Shown: in pieces, positions 38,483-47,880 of the stretch
Layout: every line of letters starts with the position of its first letter
Position numbering within the stretch: the stretch's first letter is position 1
Assembly (NCBI GenBank): GCA_035546575.1
Contig: DASZWN010000002.1
Span: 32,681-96,680 of the forward strand
Origin: Minisyncoccota bacterium
GTDB taxonomy: Bacteria; Patescibacteriota; Minisyncoccia; Phycocordibacterales; SBAW01
Direction: 5' to 3'
Length of the DNA stretch: 64,000 nucleotides
Translations under genes and position numbers: made by a program
The notes under the pieces: generated by a model
What the model saw: only the letters and a program-made list of their open reading frames with translations
Database searches by the model: none
What the model was told of the DNA's origin: nothing

Positions 38483-39033
38483 GTAACCGCACTATATATA
38501 AAAGAGGGCCCGTCTCGACTCGCCGTCTTAGCCGAGGCGGATTTACGTTGATCGAGGCGCTGGTGTACCTGGGGCTTTTTGCACTACTCATGGGCGGCGC
38601 GGTCATTGCCTCATACGATGTATTCGAGTCCAGCGGCCGCGGCACCGCGCGCGGGCTCCTTGAGGAGGAGGGGAATTTTTTGCTTGCAAAAATAAGCTGG
38701 GCGCTCTCTGGAGCGCAGGCGGTCACGACACCAAACATAGCAACGCTTCCCTGCTCAGCGCCTTCTAATATGTTGAGCGTTGCCAAATGGGACGCGAGCG
38801 TGGGTGTGGTAACCGTGGCGCAGTCGGGCGGCAGCGCAACGCTTGCAAAATCGGGTACGACACTTGGCATTACTAGCCCCGATGTGCAGGTGAGCAACTT
38901 AGAGTTTACGCATTGCTGGGCAGGGGGGTCGAACCCGGAGAGTATCGAGACCACGTTTACGCTCTCGACGCGCAACAGCAGTGGCGCGCAGGTAAGCCAG
39001 GATTTTTCAAGCACCGAATATGTACGACGATAA
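38479..39033 (+). CDS. Minor pilin (PilW/GspJ-like)
   Basis: GG|FTLIEALVY prepilin motif. Confidence 0.86.
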   Translation: MSNRTIYKRGPVSTRRLSRGGFTLIEALVYLGLFALLMGGAVIASYDVFESSGRGTARGLLEEEGNFLLAKISWALSGAQAVTTPNIATLPCSAPSNMLSVAKWDASVGVVTVAQSGGSATLAKSGTTLGITSPDVQVSNLEFTHCWAGGSNPESIETTFTLSTRNSSGAQVSQDFSSTEYVRR

Positions 39034-41788
39034 ACTACACAAACAAAAAGGTTTTATTGCACTAACCTCGGCGGTGATTATTTCTGCCGTACTCCTCACG
39101 CTCGCCACTACCGTGAGCGCCACATCGTTTTTCTCGCGGTTTAATGCGCTCAACAGCGAGTATAAAAGGACCTCGCTCGGTTTGGCAGAGTCGTGTGTCA
39201 ATGCGACGCTGCTTAAAATCGCCCAGGGTTACGGATATACCCTTACCGCTGATCCTGCGTATCAGGCTGGTATCGGCGTGCCGGTCAAGGTGGGCTCTAA
39301 TACGTGTACCGTTAAGGCGGCGTCGTATGTCTCCGCCGGCACTGGCAAGCGTTTATATACGATCACTACGCAAGGGCAATACAAAGGCGCGTTCAGCAAC
39401 ATCACCATAACGGCTACGGGCCAAGACCCGGCGTCCGCACCTGTTGTGCCTCCGCCTACGTGCGCGATGAGCTCGTCGGCCACCTCCGCTCCCGGCGGCA
39501 GCAAGGTAATATTTTCGTGGACCACGTCATCGAACGCAGCTTCTTTCTCTATCGATCATGCCGTTGCAGGACCGTTCCCGATCCCGAGCGGTTCAACCGG
39601 GCAGGTCACGCTGCCCCTGAGCCCAGGCGCAGTCACCTATACCGGTACTGCGGTGAATGCAGGCGGCCAAGGCCAGTGCAGTGTAGTAATTCAGGTCACT
39701 CCTCCGCCACCAGCGCCATCATGCGCCGACTCGGTGATGGTGCTCGACCGCACCGGCAGCCTTTTTGGATCTAATGCCGATGACGACGAGCGCAATGCGG
39801 CGCGTGCGCTTGTCGACCTGTATGCGGCAGTGACAACGGGCGCACCAAAAGTAGGCGTTGGGAGCTTTGGCGGTCTCGATGGCAGCGCCGCCTCGGTTCC
39901 ATCAGGCGGCTTCTTAAGCTCGGCATTTTCGACACTCAAGACAACCATCAACAGCATGATGTCAAACAGCAGCAGCGTTGGCAGCGATCTCTCGGCTGCC
40001 ATTACTGTCGGAGCGCAAGAGCTCAACAACACGACTCGCCATGTTGTCGACTCGACCACTCACGTATATCCGCAAAAGGTGCTCATTCTTGTGTCCGATG
40101 GTGATGCAAGCGCTCCAACGAGCGGCCCAACAAACCCCACCGGATATATGCGGCCAATCGGCAGCGCCTCGGACAACGGCGAGTCGTGGACTCGAGCCGA
40201 CGGCGCCTACAATGACGGCGGCACCGATGCATACGACCCGGTAAGCGAAAACGATCATGAGCGCTACACGACCTTTAGCTTCGGCGTCCCTTCAGGTGCC
40301 AGCATAAAGGGTATTGAGGCCCAGACAGATGCCTGGATTACAGAAACCCTTGGTACGGGAGTAAGTGTATTTAGCGACAACTTTGGTGCCGGCAGCACCG
40401 ACAGCAGCCTCAACGAGGCTCCTGCATGGACCGAGGGCGGCAGCAATGGCGCCGAAAAGCGCGCTGCGGGCAGCGGCAACGACACTGCAAGCTCCGATGG
40501 CGGCCGGTTTGCAGTGGTAGAAAATAATAGCTGGATCTGCGAGCAGATAGACGCGACCGGATTCAATGCACTCAGACTCTCGTACTTATGGCGCGGTGAC
40601 TCCGATGCCAACCAAAGCGACGATGACGGAATCGTCGAGTACCGCACAGGTGGTAGCTGCAATTCGAGCAGCTGGACCCAGCTCCAAAACCACGACCTGC
40701 GCACGTGGAGTACCTGGAGCACACAAGGAGCATTCTCGCTTCCTACAAGCCTCAATAATACGCAGTTTTATATCCGGTTCCGCGCGAGTTCAGATACAAA
40801 CGAGTACTTCCGCGTCGACGGAGTGTCTATTACGGGTACACCGATCCCCAGCACTTCATGCAAACTCGGCGTACAGGTGTGGAGCAAGAGCGACAATCAA
40901 TGGTCGAATGAAAAGTCCGTATCTCTTAGCGCCAACGAAACGCGCTACACCTTTGGTGCATCAAACGACTTGTGGGGCAACACATGGACCGATACCGATT
41001 TTTCTACAGCCAACTTTATGGCACGCGTGCATGCGATAGGCAACGCGGGTTGCTCAAGTACTGCAACGGCCCATCTCGACCTGTTGCAGCTCAATGTGAC
41101 CTATGCACAGCCTACAACGCCGTCGAGTGCCGCGCTGGCAGCAGCAGGACTCGCAAAGCAGACAGGCGGCTCGATTAATAGCAACGATACCGCGCCGATC
41201 AACATAGTTGCCATTCATTTTGGCAGCGCAGGTACTAACAACGCTAACCAAAACTTCCTACAGAGTCTTACAAGCCCGAGTCTGCTCCCAATCTCGAGTA
41301 TCCCGAGCGGGGGAGCCGTGCGCAGCGGCACTACGGTAACCGTTACTACGAGCGCGCCGCACAAGCTCTCCGTTAACCTGCGGGTGCAAATAAGCGGGCT
41401 CACCTCAAGCCTCAACGGAGCGTTCCGCGTCACCTCGGTCCCGACTCCGACAAAGTTCACCTACACCACGGCAGGGAGCGGTTCTGCGGTGAGTGGTCCG
41501 GGCATGGTAACGCCGACCAACCTTTTTATCGCTCCGTCATCGCCGCAGATGAGCGATATCTTCACTTCGATCGGTCTCCAGGTCTGTCCGGCGGCGGCAC
41601 CGCAGTGCTCCAACACCGTAGACGATGATGGCGACGGATTTATCGACTACCCGAGCGACCCGAGCTGCACCGACGCCACCGATAACGACGAGTGGACCGC
41701 CCCCGCTGCCCCTACACCGCCACCCCCTCCGCCACCCCCGCCCAATGTCTCGATTGGGTCGTGGCAGGAGGTACCGACCACACCATAG
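39020..41788 (+). CDS. PilX-like pilin fused to a vWA domain and several inserted domains (putative tip adhesin)
   Basis: KG|FIAL without Glu5, AESC motif, vWA MVLDRTGS...LVSDG, CSNTVDDDGDGFIDYPSDPSC acidic repeat, Pro-rich linker, C-terminal SWQEV. Confidence 0.82.
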   Translation: MYDDKLHKQKGFIALTSAVIISAVLLTLATTVSATSFFSRFNALNSEYKRTSLGLAESCVNATLLKIAQGYGYTLTADPAYQAGIGVPVKVGSNTCTVKAASYVSAGTGKRLYTITTQGQYKGAFSNITITATGQDPASAPVVPPPTCAMSSSATSAPGGSKVIFSWTTSSNAASFSIDHAVAGPFPIPSGSTGQVTLPLSPGAVTYTGTAVNAGGQGQCSVVIQVTPPPPAPSCADSVMVLDRTGSLFGSNADDDERNAARALVDLYAAVTTGAPKVGVGSFGGLDGSAASVPSGGFLSSAFSTLKTTINSMMSNSSSVGSDLSAAITVGAQELNNTTRHVVDSTTHVYPQKVLILVSDGDASAPTSGPTNPTGYMRPIGSASDNGESWTRADGAYNDGGTDAYDPVSENDHERYTTFSFGVPSGASIKGIEAQTDAWITETLGTGVSVFSDNFGAGSTDSSLNEAPAWTEGGSNGAEKRAAGSGNDTASSDGGRFAVVENNSWICEQIDATGFNALRLSYLWRGDSDANQSDDDGIVEYRTGGSCNSSSWTQLQNHDLRTWSTWSTQGAFSLPTSLNNTQFYIRFRASSDTNEYFRVDGVSITGTPIPSTSCKLGVQVWSKSDNQWSNEKSVSLSANETRYTFGASNDLWGNTWTDTDFSTANFMARVHAIGNAGCSSTATAHLDLLQLNVTYAQPTTPSSAALAAAGLAKQTGGSINSNDTAPINIVAIHFGSAGTNNANQNFLQSLTSPSLLPISSIPSGGAVRSGTTVTVTTSAPHKLSVNLRVQISGLTSSLNGAFRVTSVPTPTKFTYTTAGSGSAVSGPGMVTPTNLFIAPSSPQMSDIFTSIGLQVCPAAAPQCSNTVDDDGDGFIDYPSDPSCTDATDNDEWTAPAAPTPPPPPPPPPNVSIGSWQEVPTTP

Positions 41789-41877
41789 AGGCGGGGTTGT
41801 TACAAGGCGGGCGGGTTGTGTAGAGTGTGTGGCAGTCAGAAAACCTGGGAAGGTTACATTATTAGTTTTTTAGAAAT

Positions 41878-42384
41878 ATGAAACAATTTCTTCTAAGAGC
41901 ACAAAAGGGATTTACGCTTATCGAAATCCTCATCGTTATCGGCATCATCGCCATCTTGGCGGCGATCGTTATTATCGCCATTAACCCTGCCAAGCAGTTT
42001 GCGCAGGCTCGCAATACGCAGCGCGAGAGCAACGTTAATACTATCCTTAACGCGATAGGGCAGAACGTTGCGGACAATAAAGGTGTGTTTACATGCGGTA
42101 CGGTTACACTTCCGCCGGTGGCCACATTCGATGCGGCAGCAGGCACTCTTATCGGTACTGATTCGGGCAAGATTGACCTTACTTGTCTGAAGGACACATA
42201 CATTCCAACAGCTATTCCTACTGATCCGGGCGGCACCCTTTCTTCCGGTTCAGTTGCGGCAGGTACACCAGGCAATACCGGCTACACCGTTCAGGTCAAC
42301 AGTGTTGGTCGCGTATCCGTGTGCGCACCAAATCATGCAGAGACTTCGATCCCAGGGGCTACTACGTACTGCCTCACTCGCTAA
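41878..42384 (+). CDS. Type IV major pilin candidate
   Basis: KG|FTLIEILIVIGIIAILAAIVIIAINP...ARN.QR, IPTDP; has its own short leader and terminator. Confidence 0.9.
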   Translation: MKQFLLRAQKGFTLIEILIVIGIIAILAAIVIIAINPAKQFAQARNTQRESNVNTILNAIGQNVADNKGVFTCGTVTLPPVATFDAAAGTLIGTDSGKIDLTCLKDTYIPTAIPTDPGGTLSSGSVAAGTPGNTGYTVQVNSVGRVSVCAPNHAETSIPGATTYCLTR

Positions 42385-42400
42385 TTCTCTTTATTTAGCA

Positions 42401-42435
42401 ACGCAAAAACCCGCCGTTATGGCGGGTTTTTGCGT
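42401..42435 (+). terminator. Terminator after the pilin gene
   Basis: acgcaaaaacccgcc-gttat-ggcgggtttttgcgt. Confidence 0.8.
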
Positions 42436-42571
42436 GTTTGTCAATTTTGTTTCGCTGTGCAGAACTCCGATTGACTTTCTCTCTATTTGATAGTAGTACA
42501 TGGCCAGATTTATTGCTCCTGGGACCACGTTATTAGAAAACAGTAATTATCTATAAGCAACTATTATCACC

Positions 42572-44452
42572 ATGGCTAGCATGAATACAGATATTCGTCT
42601 CCCTTCGCGCACTAATCGTCCGGTAGCTTTTGTGACTGCTATCGCGATTGTCGCCTTTTCTATGGCGTTCGCGCTCTCGTTCGTTCCATCGAGCGCTTCC
42701 GCAGCATTTTTCTGGAATCCGTGGCATCACCAGCAGAATCCGACTGACACGCACTATACCGAGTGCCATAATCACGAGGATGACAACAACAACGGCGGCA
42801 TCGACCTCATGGATTCGGGCTGCGACGACGTAGACAATACTCCTCCTGTTGCAGGCAATCAGACCCTCATTACTAATCAGGACGCTGCTACGAGCACGGT
42901 GCTCACTGCGACAGACGACGACGAGGACCTCCTCTACTTTGCAACGACCAATCCGTCGCACGGCACACTCTCGGGCACATTGCCGGACGTTACTTACACG
43001 CCTGATGCAGGCTGGAGCGGTACCGACAGCTTTACCTTTACGGTTAACGACGGTCGTCCTGCCGACAACAGCACCGGCACTATCACTATTACCGTAGTCG
43101 CTACCGGTCCTCAGGCTCCGGCTTGCGATGGGTCGACCACATTCGATTCGTTTACGCTTGGTTCGGTCAACGGCCAGGGCGGGTGGACCATCAGCGGCCC
43201 GTACGATCAGGCGGTTGTGTCTAACACCTACGGGTTCTCAACCTTCGGCTGCCAGACGCTCCGCATCTCTAACTCTGTCACAAGCGGCAGCTTCGGCGAC
43301 CAGCTCTTCTCGCCATCGACCGCAAATGAGGCAGGCGAGACCAGCGCTCAAACATCGGCACTCTCAGGCGGTACTCGCCAGAATCACTTCGAGGCGCAGT
43401 TTGACGTAGCTTCGGCAGTACCGGCCGCTCAGCAGCCGGGTCTTATCATGGCAGTCTCTCCGGACCGCGGCGACGGTGCTCGCATGGCCTATGTCCGCTT
43501 TGAGGATCAGGCAGATGGTATCCACGTATTTACGCAGGACTACATTGATGCCGCTCCCATGGGCACACTCGAAGATCCGGCACCAGGCTGTGGAGACGAG
43601 GACGATTGGAATAATATCGATATCGCAACGCTCGATCGCACAGCTCCGCACACCATCAAGCTCACGATCGACTTTGTCGACGGGGCAGGCAACGACGTAT
43701 ATAAGGTATATGTAGACGGTGCGCTCAAGCACACAGGCACTACTTGGGAGGATTACTACCGCTGGTGTACTGAGTCTGGTGGAGGTGTCGCAAATGACGC
43801 CACGGCAGACGTAAGCCGCACGGTTGACTCGCTCCTCTTCCGCGAGAGCAGCACCGCAGTTCCTGCGAATGCAGGGAAAGGCTTCCTCGTTGACAATGTA
43901 TCGCTCTCGACAGGCGCAACGCCGGTAGTTGACCCTACCTGCGTCTCCGGTCAGCACCTCGAGAACCATGTGTGTGTTGCAGACGCAAACGGCAATGGTG
44001 GCGGCTCGTCAAACACTAACACCGGCAATGGCGGCGGCGGTGGCGGCACGGTAGTTGGACTTATCGGTAGCGTTAACACCAATCCAACCGGAAACACTTC
44101 TGGCGGACAGGTTCTCGGCGCATCGACCGACCTGCCTGCAGGCTGCTCGATCTACTTCGATGGTTACGTTAAGAAAGGCTCGACAAATACGGAGCTCATT
44201 AAAAAGCTCCAGACCTTCCTCAACAGCAATCTCGGTCTCAGCATTCCGATTACGGGTGTGTTTGGTCAAATGACACTCGATGCGGTTAACAAATTCCAGG
44301 TTAAATATGCAGACGAGATCCTTAAGCCTTGGTTCGACAAAGGCCTCTCAAAGGACATGAACCCAAGCGGCTATGTCTACAAGACAACGGCCCGCATGAT
44401 CAATCTCCTGAGCTGCTCAAGCCTCGAGATCCCGGTTCCGCAGCTTCCGTAA
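42572..44452 (+). CDS. Secreted surface protein: Ig/cadherin-like domain, beta-sandwich and C-terminal peptidoglycan-binding-like domain
   Basis: Signal peptide ending ASA; NTPPVA...PSHGTLSG...YTP...DSFTFTVNDG; GQVLGAST; LQTFLN...TGVFG.MT..AV.KFQ. Confidence 0.8.
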   Translation: MASMNTDIRLPSRTNRPVAFVTAIAIVAFSMAFALSFVPSSASAAFFWNPWHHQQNPTDTHYTECHNHEDDNNNGGIDLMDSGCDDVDNTPPVAGNQTLITNQDAATSTVLTATDDDEDLLYFATTNPSHGTLSGTLPDVTYTPDAGWSGTDSFTFTVNDGRPADNSTGTITITVVATGPQAPACDGSTTFDSFTLGSVNGQGGWTISGPYDQAVVSNTYGFSTFGCQTLRISNSVTSGSFGDQLFSPSTANEAGETSAQTSALSGGTRQNHFEAQFDVASAVPAAQQPGLIMAVSPDRGDGARMAYVRFEDQADGIHVFTQDYIDAAPMGTLEDPAPGCGDEDDWNNIDIATLDRTAPHTIKLTIDFVDGAGNDVYKVYVDGALKHTGTTWEDYYRWCTESGGGVANDATADVSRTVDSLLFRESSTAVPANAGKGFLVDNVSLSTGATPVVDPTCVSGQHLENHVCVADANGNGGGSSNTNTGNGGGGGGTVVGLIGSVNTNPTGNTSGGQVLGASTDLPAGCSIYFDGYVKKGSTNTELIKKLQTFLNSNLGLSIPITGVFGQMTLDAVNKFQVKYADEILKPWFDKGLSKDMNPSGYVYKTTARMINLLSCSSLEIPVPQLP

Positions 44453-44473
44453 TAGATTCTCAATAGGAGTCTG

Positions 44474-44502
44474 CAAACACCTCGCATATCGCGAGGTGTT
44501 TG
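44474..44502. terminator. Bidirectional terminator
   Basis: caaacacctcgc-atatc-gcgaggtgtttg between convergent genes. Confidence 0.75.
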
Positions 44503-46026
44503 TTATTTAAGGTCGAGGAACGGCTCGAGGTAGTGGATTGCTACGCCGCCAAAGTTTTGATCAGAATCGAAAGCGCTGTAGATATCTTTAATGCTGGCAA
44601 GCAAGTCAGATTTTGAGAGGCCGTAAAAGGTGACATACGATGGGTCTACGTTGCCGGTCTCCTGCGCCACCACAATACTTGTGGAGTAGCCGCCTGTGCT
44701 TGCCTCATCTATTTCTGCTTGAGAGATCTCACGGGTGCCGCCGTCGCCCTCAAAAAAGTTACGGTAAGCCATGACAATGAGCGAACTGCCAGGCTTGCGC
44801 TCAAGTATCTTGAGTAGCTGGGTGAACGTATATGCGGTCGTGCCTTTGTACGAGACCGCCGGCGTCCACGCCTGTTTTGAGTCGTAAAAGTGGGGGATTA
44901 CGACAGAAAGTTTGCCCTCCACTTTTTGCATGCGAGTTGTGGACTCATCGATAAATTCCAAAAACTGCGTTAGTACTTGTGCTTTGTTGTCTTGATACTT
45001 AGGCAAGAGGTAGGGCTCTACATCGTACTGGAGCCCGCGGACCTGGGCGAGCGGGTAGAGCTTGTTGTACTCGGAGAGAAAGTTTATGAGCGCATATCCC
45101 TTCCAACGGTTTTCCGGATATGCCCAGTCTTTTGCCCCTCCTTCTATATCTATTGCAATCGATTTCTGGTTTGCCGCACTGACAATTGACGCTAATGCTC
45201 CGAAATACTTTTGCTTTTTTGCAGTTTTATCTGCCCCGTCTGGCAGGGCTGCAATGTCGAGGTAATCGTCTACTGTTATATAGAGTGTGTTAAAGCCGTT
45301 TTGTGCTGCGGCAGTGAGCATGCGCGCAGCGTAGCCGGTAGGCATCTCAGCGGGCGTATCCCAGACCCAAAGCCCCATTTCTTTTTTGGCTGCCGTAGAT
45401 GGCGCGACCGAAGAGATAGACTGAGCAGGCGAGGATACAGCAACCGCGGGAGCAGAGGCTCCTACAAACATAGTGTTTTGTGCACACACATCGCTACTGT
45501 TGTCTGCCGTTGCACATGCCTCGTTGTTGAGCTGGGCCGCCGAGGCGCTCGCCCGCGTGGTCGCGCTGATTACTTTCTGCGCGCGCGAGGAAAGCGTGCC
45601 GAGGGACCAGTAGTAGGTGCTTGCGGTTGGAGCGGGAGAAGCGGATACAAATGTTTCGGCATCGTCATAGTAAGCAGAAAAGCTCGTGTTCTGGCAAGCC
45701 TCAGTGCCTTGGTTGCTCACCGTAAAGGTATAGGTGATCGAGCCGCCGGGTTGGATTAGCTTGGTTGAGGGGACAAAGGAGAAGTGGAGTCCGCACCCCT
45801 CTGCAAGCGCCGCGGGGGCAGCTGGCGCTTGTCGGGAGGAGGTTGGAGGGCTGTTTTGTCGCTCGGTAAACTGCCCGATACTAGCGTCCGCCTTTTCTTC
45901 CTGAGTTGGTGTTGGTGTGCCAAGCAAGCCGGGCTCTACTTTGTTTGTTGTGGGCAGCGAGAGCGTCCACGCTACCATGAGCGCAATGCCGACGACCCCG
46001 GCAATTGAAAGTATTACTCGACTCAT
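44503..46026 (-). CDS. Membrane-anchored DUF11-like Ig domain plus glycoside-hydrolase-like TIM-barrel domain
   Basis: N-terminal TM; PGGSITYTFTVSNQG; LWVWD...GFNTLY...GLQYDVEPY...VMAYRN...AQET...GVAIHY. Confidence 0.65.
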   Translation of the reverse strand: MSRVILSIAGVVGIALMVAWTLSLPTTNKVEPGLLGTPTPTQEEKADASIGQFTERQNSPPTSSRQAPAAPAALAEGCGLHFSFVPSTKLIQPGGSITYTFTVSNQGTEACQNTSFSAYYDDAETFVSASPAPTASTYYWSLGTLSSRAQKVISATTRASASAAQLNNEACATADNSSDVCAQNTMFVGASAPAVAVSSPAQSISSVAPSTAAKKEMGLWVWDTPAEMPTGYAARMLTAAAQNGFNTLYITVDDYLDIAALPDGADKTAKKQKYFGALASIVSAANQKSIAIDIEGGAKDWAYPENRWKGYALINFLSEYNKLYPLAQVRGLQYDVEPYLLPKYQDNKAQVLTQFLEFIDESTTRMQKVEGKLSVVIPHFYDSKQAWTPAVSYKGTTAYTFTQLLKILERKPGSSLIVMAYRNFFEGDGGTREISQAEIDEASTGGYSTSIVVAQETGNVDPSYVTFYGLSKSDLLASIKDIYSAFDSDQNFGGVAIHYLEPFLDLK

Positions 46027-46029
46027 ATG

Positions 46030-47415
46030 TTATGAGGATATAGCCGCGGGATTTTGCTTCCGTGTTGCGGGAATACGCAAGCCTTCTCGCTCCCAGCGCT
46101 GCCACTTGAGCTTTTTGCCTTGGAGCATGCCGCGCAGCGAGGCCAAGAGCGCACGATACTCGACAACAGTTGTTACGTAGAACAAGAGCCAGCCGATCGG
46201 TGCAAGCAAGTAGAGCGAGGGGCGAGTTGAACGCGGGTCGTCAAAGATCTGTATCGCAAACATCACGCTCACTACGATGATGCCGGAGATAAACGAGGAG
46301 AAGTCGTGCGTCAGGTATGAGTAGATATAGAGGAAGGAGAGGAACAACATTTCGAAGAAAAGCTGTATGTCTCCGAACACTGCAAGCGGCAGCACGCCCC
46401 AGGTTAAGAGCTTATTATGGCGTTTTTTATTGCTAAAGAAGAGTTTGCGGTGCTCAAAGAAGGTCTGGAATCGGCCGCGCTTCCAGCGAAGGCGCTGCTT
46501 CATAAGACCAGTCATCTCAGAGGCGCCTTCGGTATATACAATCGCGTCGGCAGCGTATACGATCTTCATTCCGGCCTCTTGTATACGCACCGATAGGTCG
46601 ATGTCTTCAGTAATATTGGTATTGCTGTATGAGCCAACCTTTTCAAACACCTCGCGGCGGAATGCGCCTGCCGCACCGCCGATAATATAGATGGTGTTAA
46701 AGAGGGAATCCGCCTTTTTAAAGTAGAACGAAAAGAGGAACTCCAGGTTTTGGAGCGTGCCCAAGAGATGCTCAGTGTTGCCGATCTTTACGTTGCCCAC
46801 AGCGGCCATAACGCTCGGCCGCTCAAAATGGCGCACAAAGTTGCCGATGGTCGACGGGAGGAGCGCGCAGTCTGCATCGATCGAAATAATAATTTCTCCT
46901 TTTGATATCTCGATACCCTTATTAAGGGCAATACCTTTGCCGCCGTTCTCCTTGTAGCGGTAGACGATAGGCATTTTGTTTGGATTGTCGGGAATAGCTT
47001 TGTACTCTTCTAAAAACGCACGAAAGATTGCGTCCGAGTTATCGGTAGAACCATCGTTAATAACGACAATTTCTACATTGCGGTACGTGCTGCGCAAAAT
47101 ACTTTTTACGGTGCTGAGCAGACCCACCTCCTCGTTCCATGCGGGGATTATCACCGATACGCTCGGGGCATATGCGCGTTTTGGCTTGTATACGCGGAAG
47201 TATCTGTCGAGTACGTCATACCACGGACTTATTGCCATATACAGGGAGTACTTGGTTAAGAGCACAGTCGCAAAAAACACGATCGCAATCCTAAGGAGCG
47301 GGAAGTCGTTGCGCTCATTCGGACCCCAAACGAACAGGGAGGTGATTAGTGTCGCCGTAAAACAGTACAACGCAACATACACAAGTATTTTATAGTGTCG
47401 TGTAAAGGATTTCAT
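46030..47415 (-). CDS. Processive GT2 polysaccharide synthase (PgaC/IcaA-like)
   Basis: PAWNEE, DGSTD, NGGKG, DAD, TED, QRLRW, with TM helices at both ends. Confidence 0.9.
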   Translation of the reverse strand: MKSFTRHYKILVYVALYCFTATLITSLFVWGPNERNDFPLLRIAIVFFATVLLTKYSLYMAISPWYDVLDRYFRVYKPKRAYAPSVSVIIPAWNEEVGLLSTVKSILRSTYRNVEIVVINDGSTDNSDAIFRAFLEEYKAIPDNPNKMPIVYRYKENGGKGIALNKGIEISKGEIIISIDADCALLPSTIGNFVRHFERPSVMAAVGNVKIGNTEHLLGTLQNLEFLFSFYFKKADSLFNTIYIIGGAAGAFRREVFEKVGSYSNTNITEDIDLSVRIQEAGMKIVYAADAIVYTEGASEMTGLMKQRLRWKRGRFQTFFEHRKLFFSNKKRHNKLLTWGVLPLAVFGDIQLFFEMLFLSFLYIYSYLTHDFSSFISGIIVVSVMFAIQIFDDPRSTRPSLYLLAPIGWLLFYVTTVVEYRALLASLRGMLQGKKLKWQRWEREGLRIPATRKQNPAAISS

Positions 47416-47420
47416 AAGAT

Positions 47421-47684
47421 TCAGGCTTCGATAAAGGCGGTAGTAATTTTTGCCAATACGTTTGAGAGCAGAATGATCATGATAAACACGAGCACAAACC
47501 GGTACGCTGTGTGGTCAAACACCTCAAGGCCCCATGCGGTGCTTATGGCGGCGGCTATGATGCTTAGTGCGGCCATACAGACGTAGAACAGTCTCGAGAA
47601 TATTTTCCGTACAGCAATAATAAAGAATGCGTGCATACAAAAGTTGAGACGCTGTCGCGATGGGCTGCTTACGAGCGCATTCAT
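47421..47684 (-). CDS. Small two-TM membrane protein (start uncertain)
   Basis: Two hydrophobic helices; stop is 5 nt before the GT2 start. Confidence 0.55.
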   Translation of the reverse strand: MNALVSSPSRQRLNFCMHAFFIIAVRKIFSRLFYVCMAALSIIAAAISTAWGLEVFDHTAYRFVLVFIMIILLSNVLAKITTAFIEA

Positions 47685-47699
47685 CTTTACTTCAGACGC

Positions 47700-47741
47700 G
47701 CCGAGGGGGTCGATTCCTAGACAGGAATCGACCCCCTCGGC
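47700..47741. repeat. Perfect 19-bp hairpin in the leader of the GT2 operon
   Basis: gccgagggggtcgattcct-agac-aggaatcgaccccctcggc. Confidence 0.8.
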
Positions 47742-47880
47742 TTACATCTGTAATTCTTTCATAAGCCCTGGCTTTTACGATTAGATTTAGATATGCGCCT
47801 ATGAGAGACGCACAACTCAATACACTACAGAGAACCTCTGCCCCGCATCATACGCCTATGCGCGTGAACGAAGTATGAAA

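Noticed and set aside
44131-44146. Fifth copy of the intragenic palindrome (cctgcctgcaggc; also taggcaggc near 59810)
   Set aside because: Only half-matches, explainable by ordinary codons.
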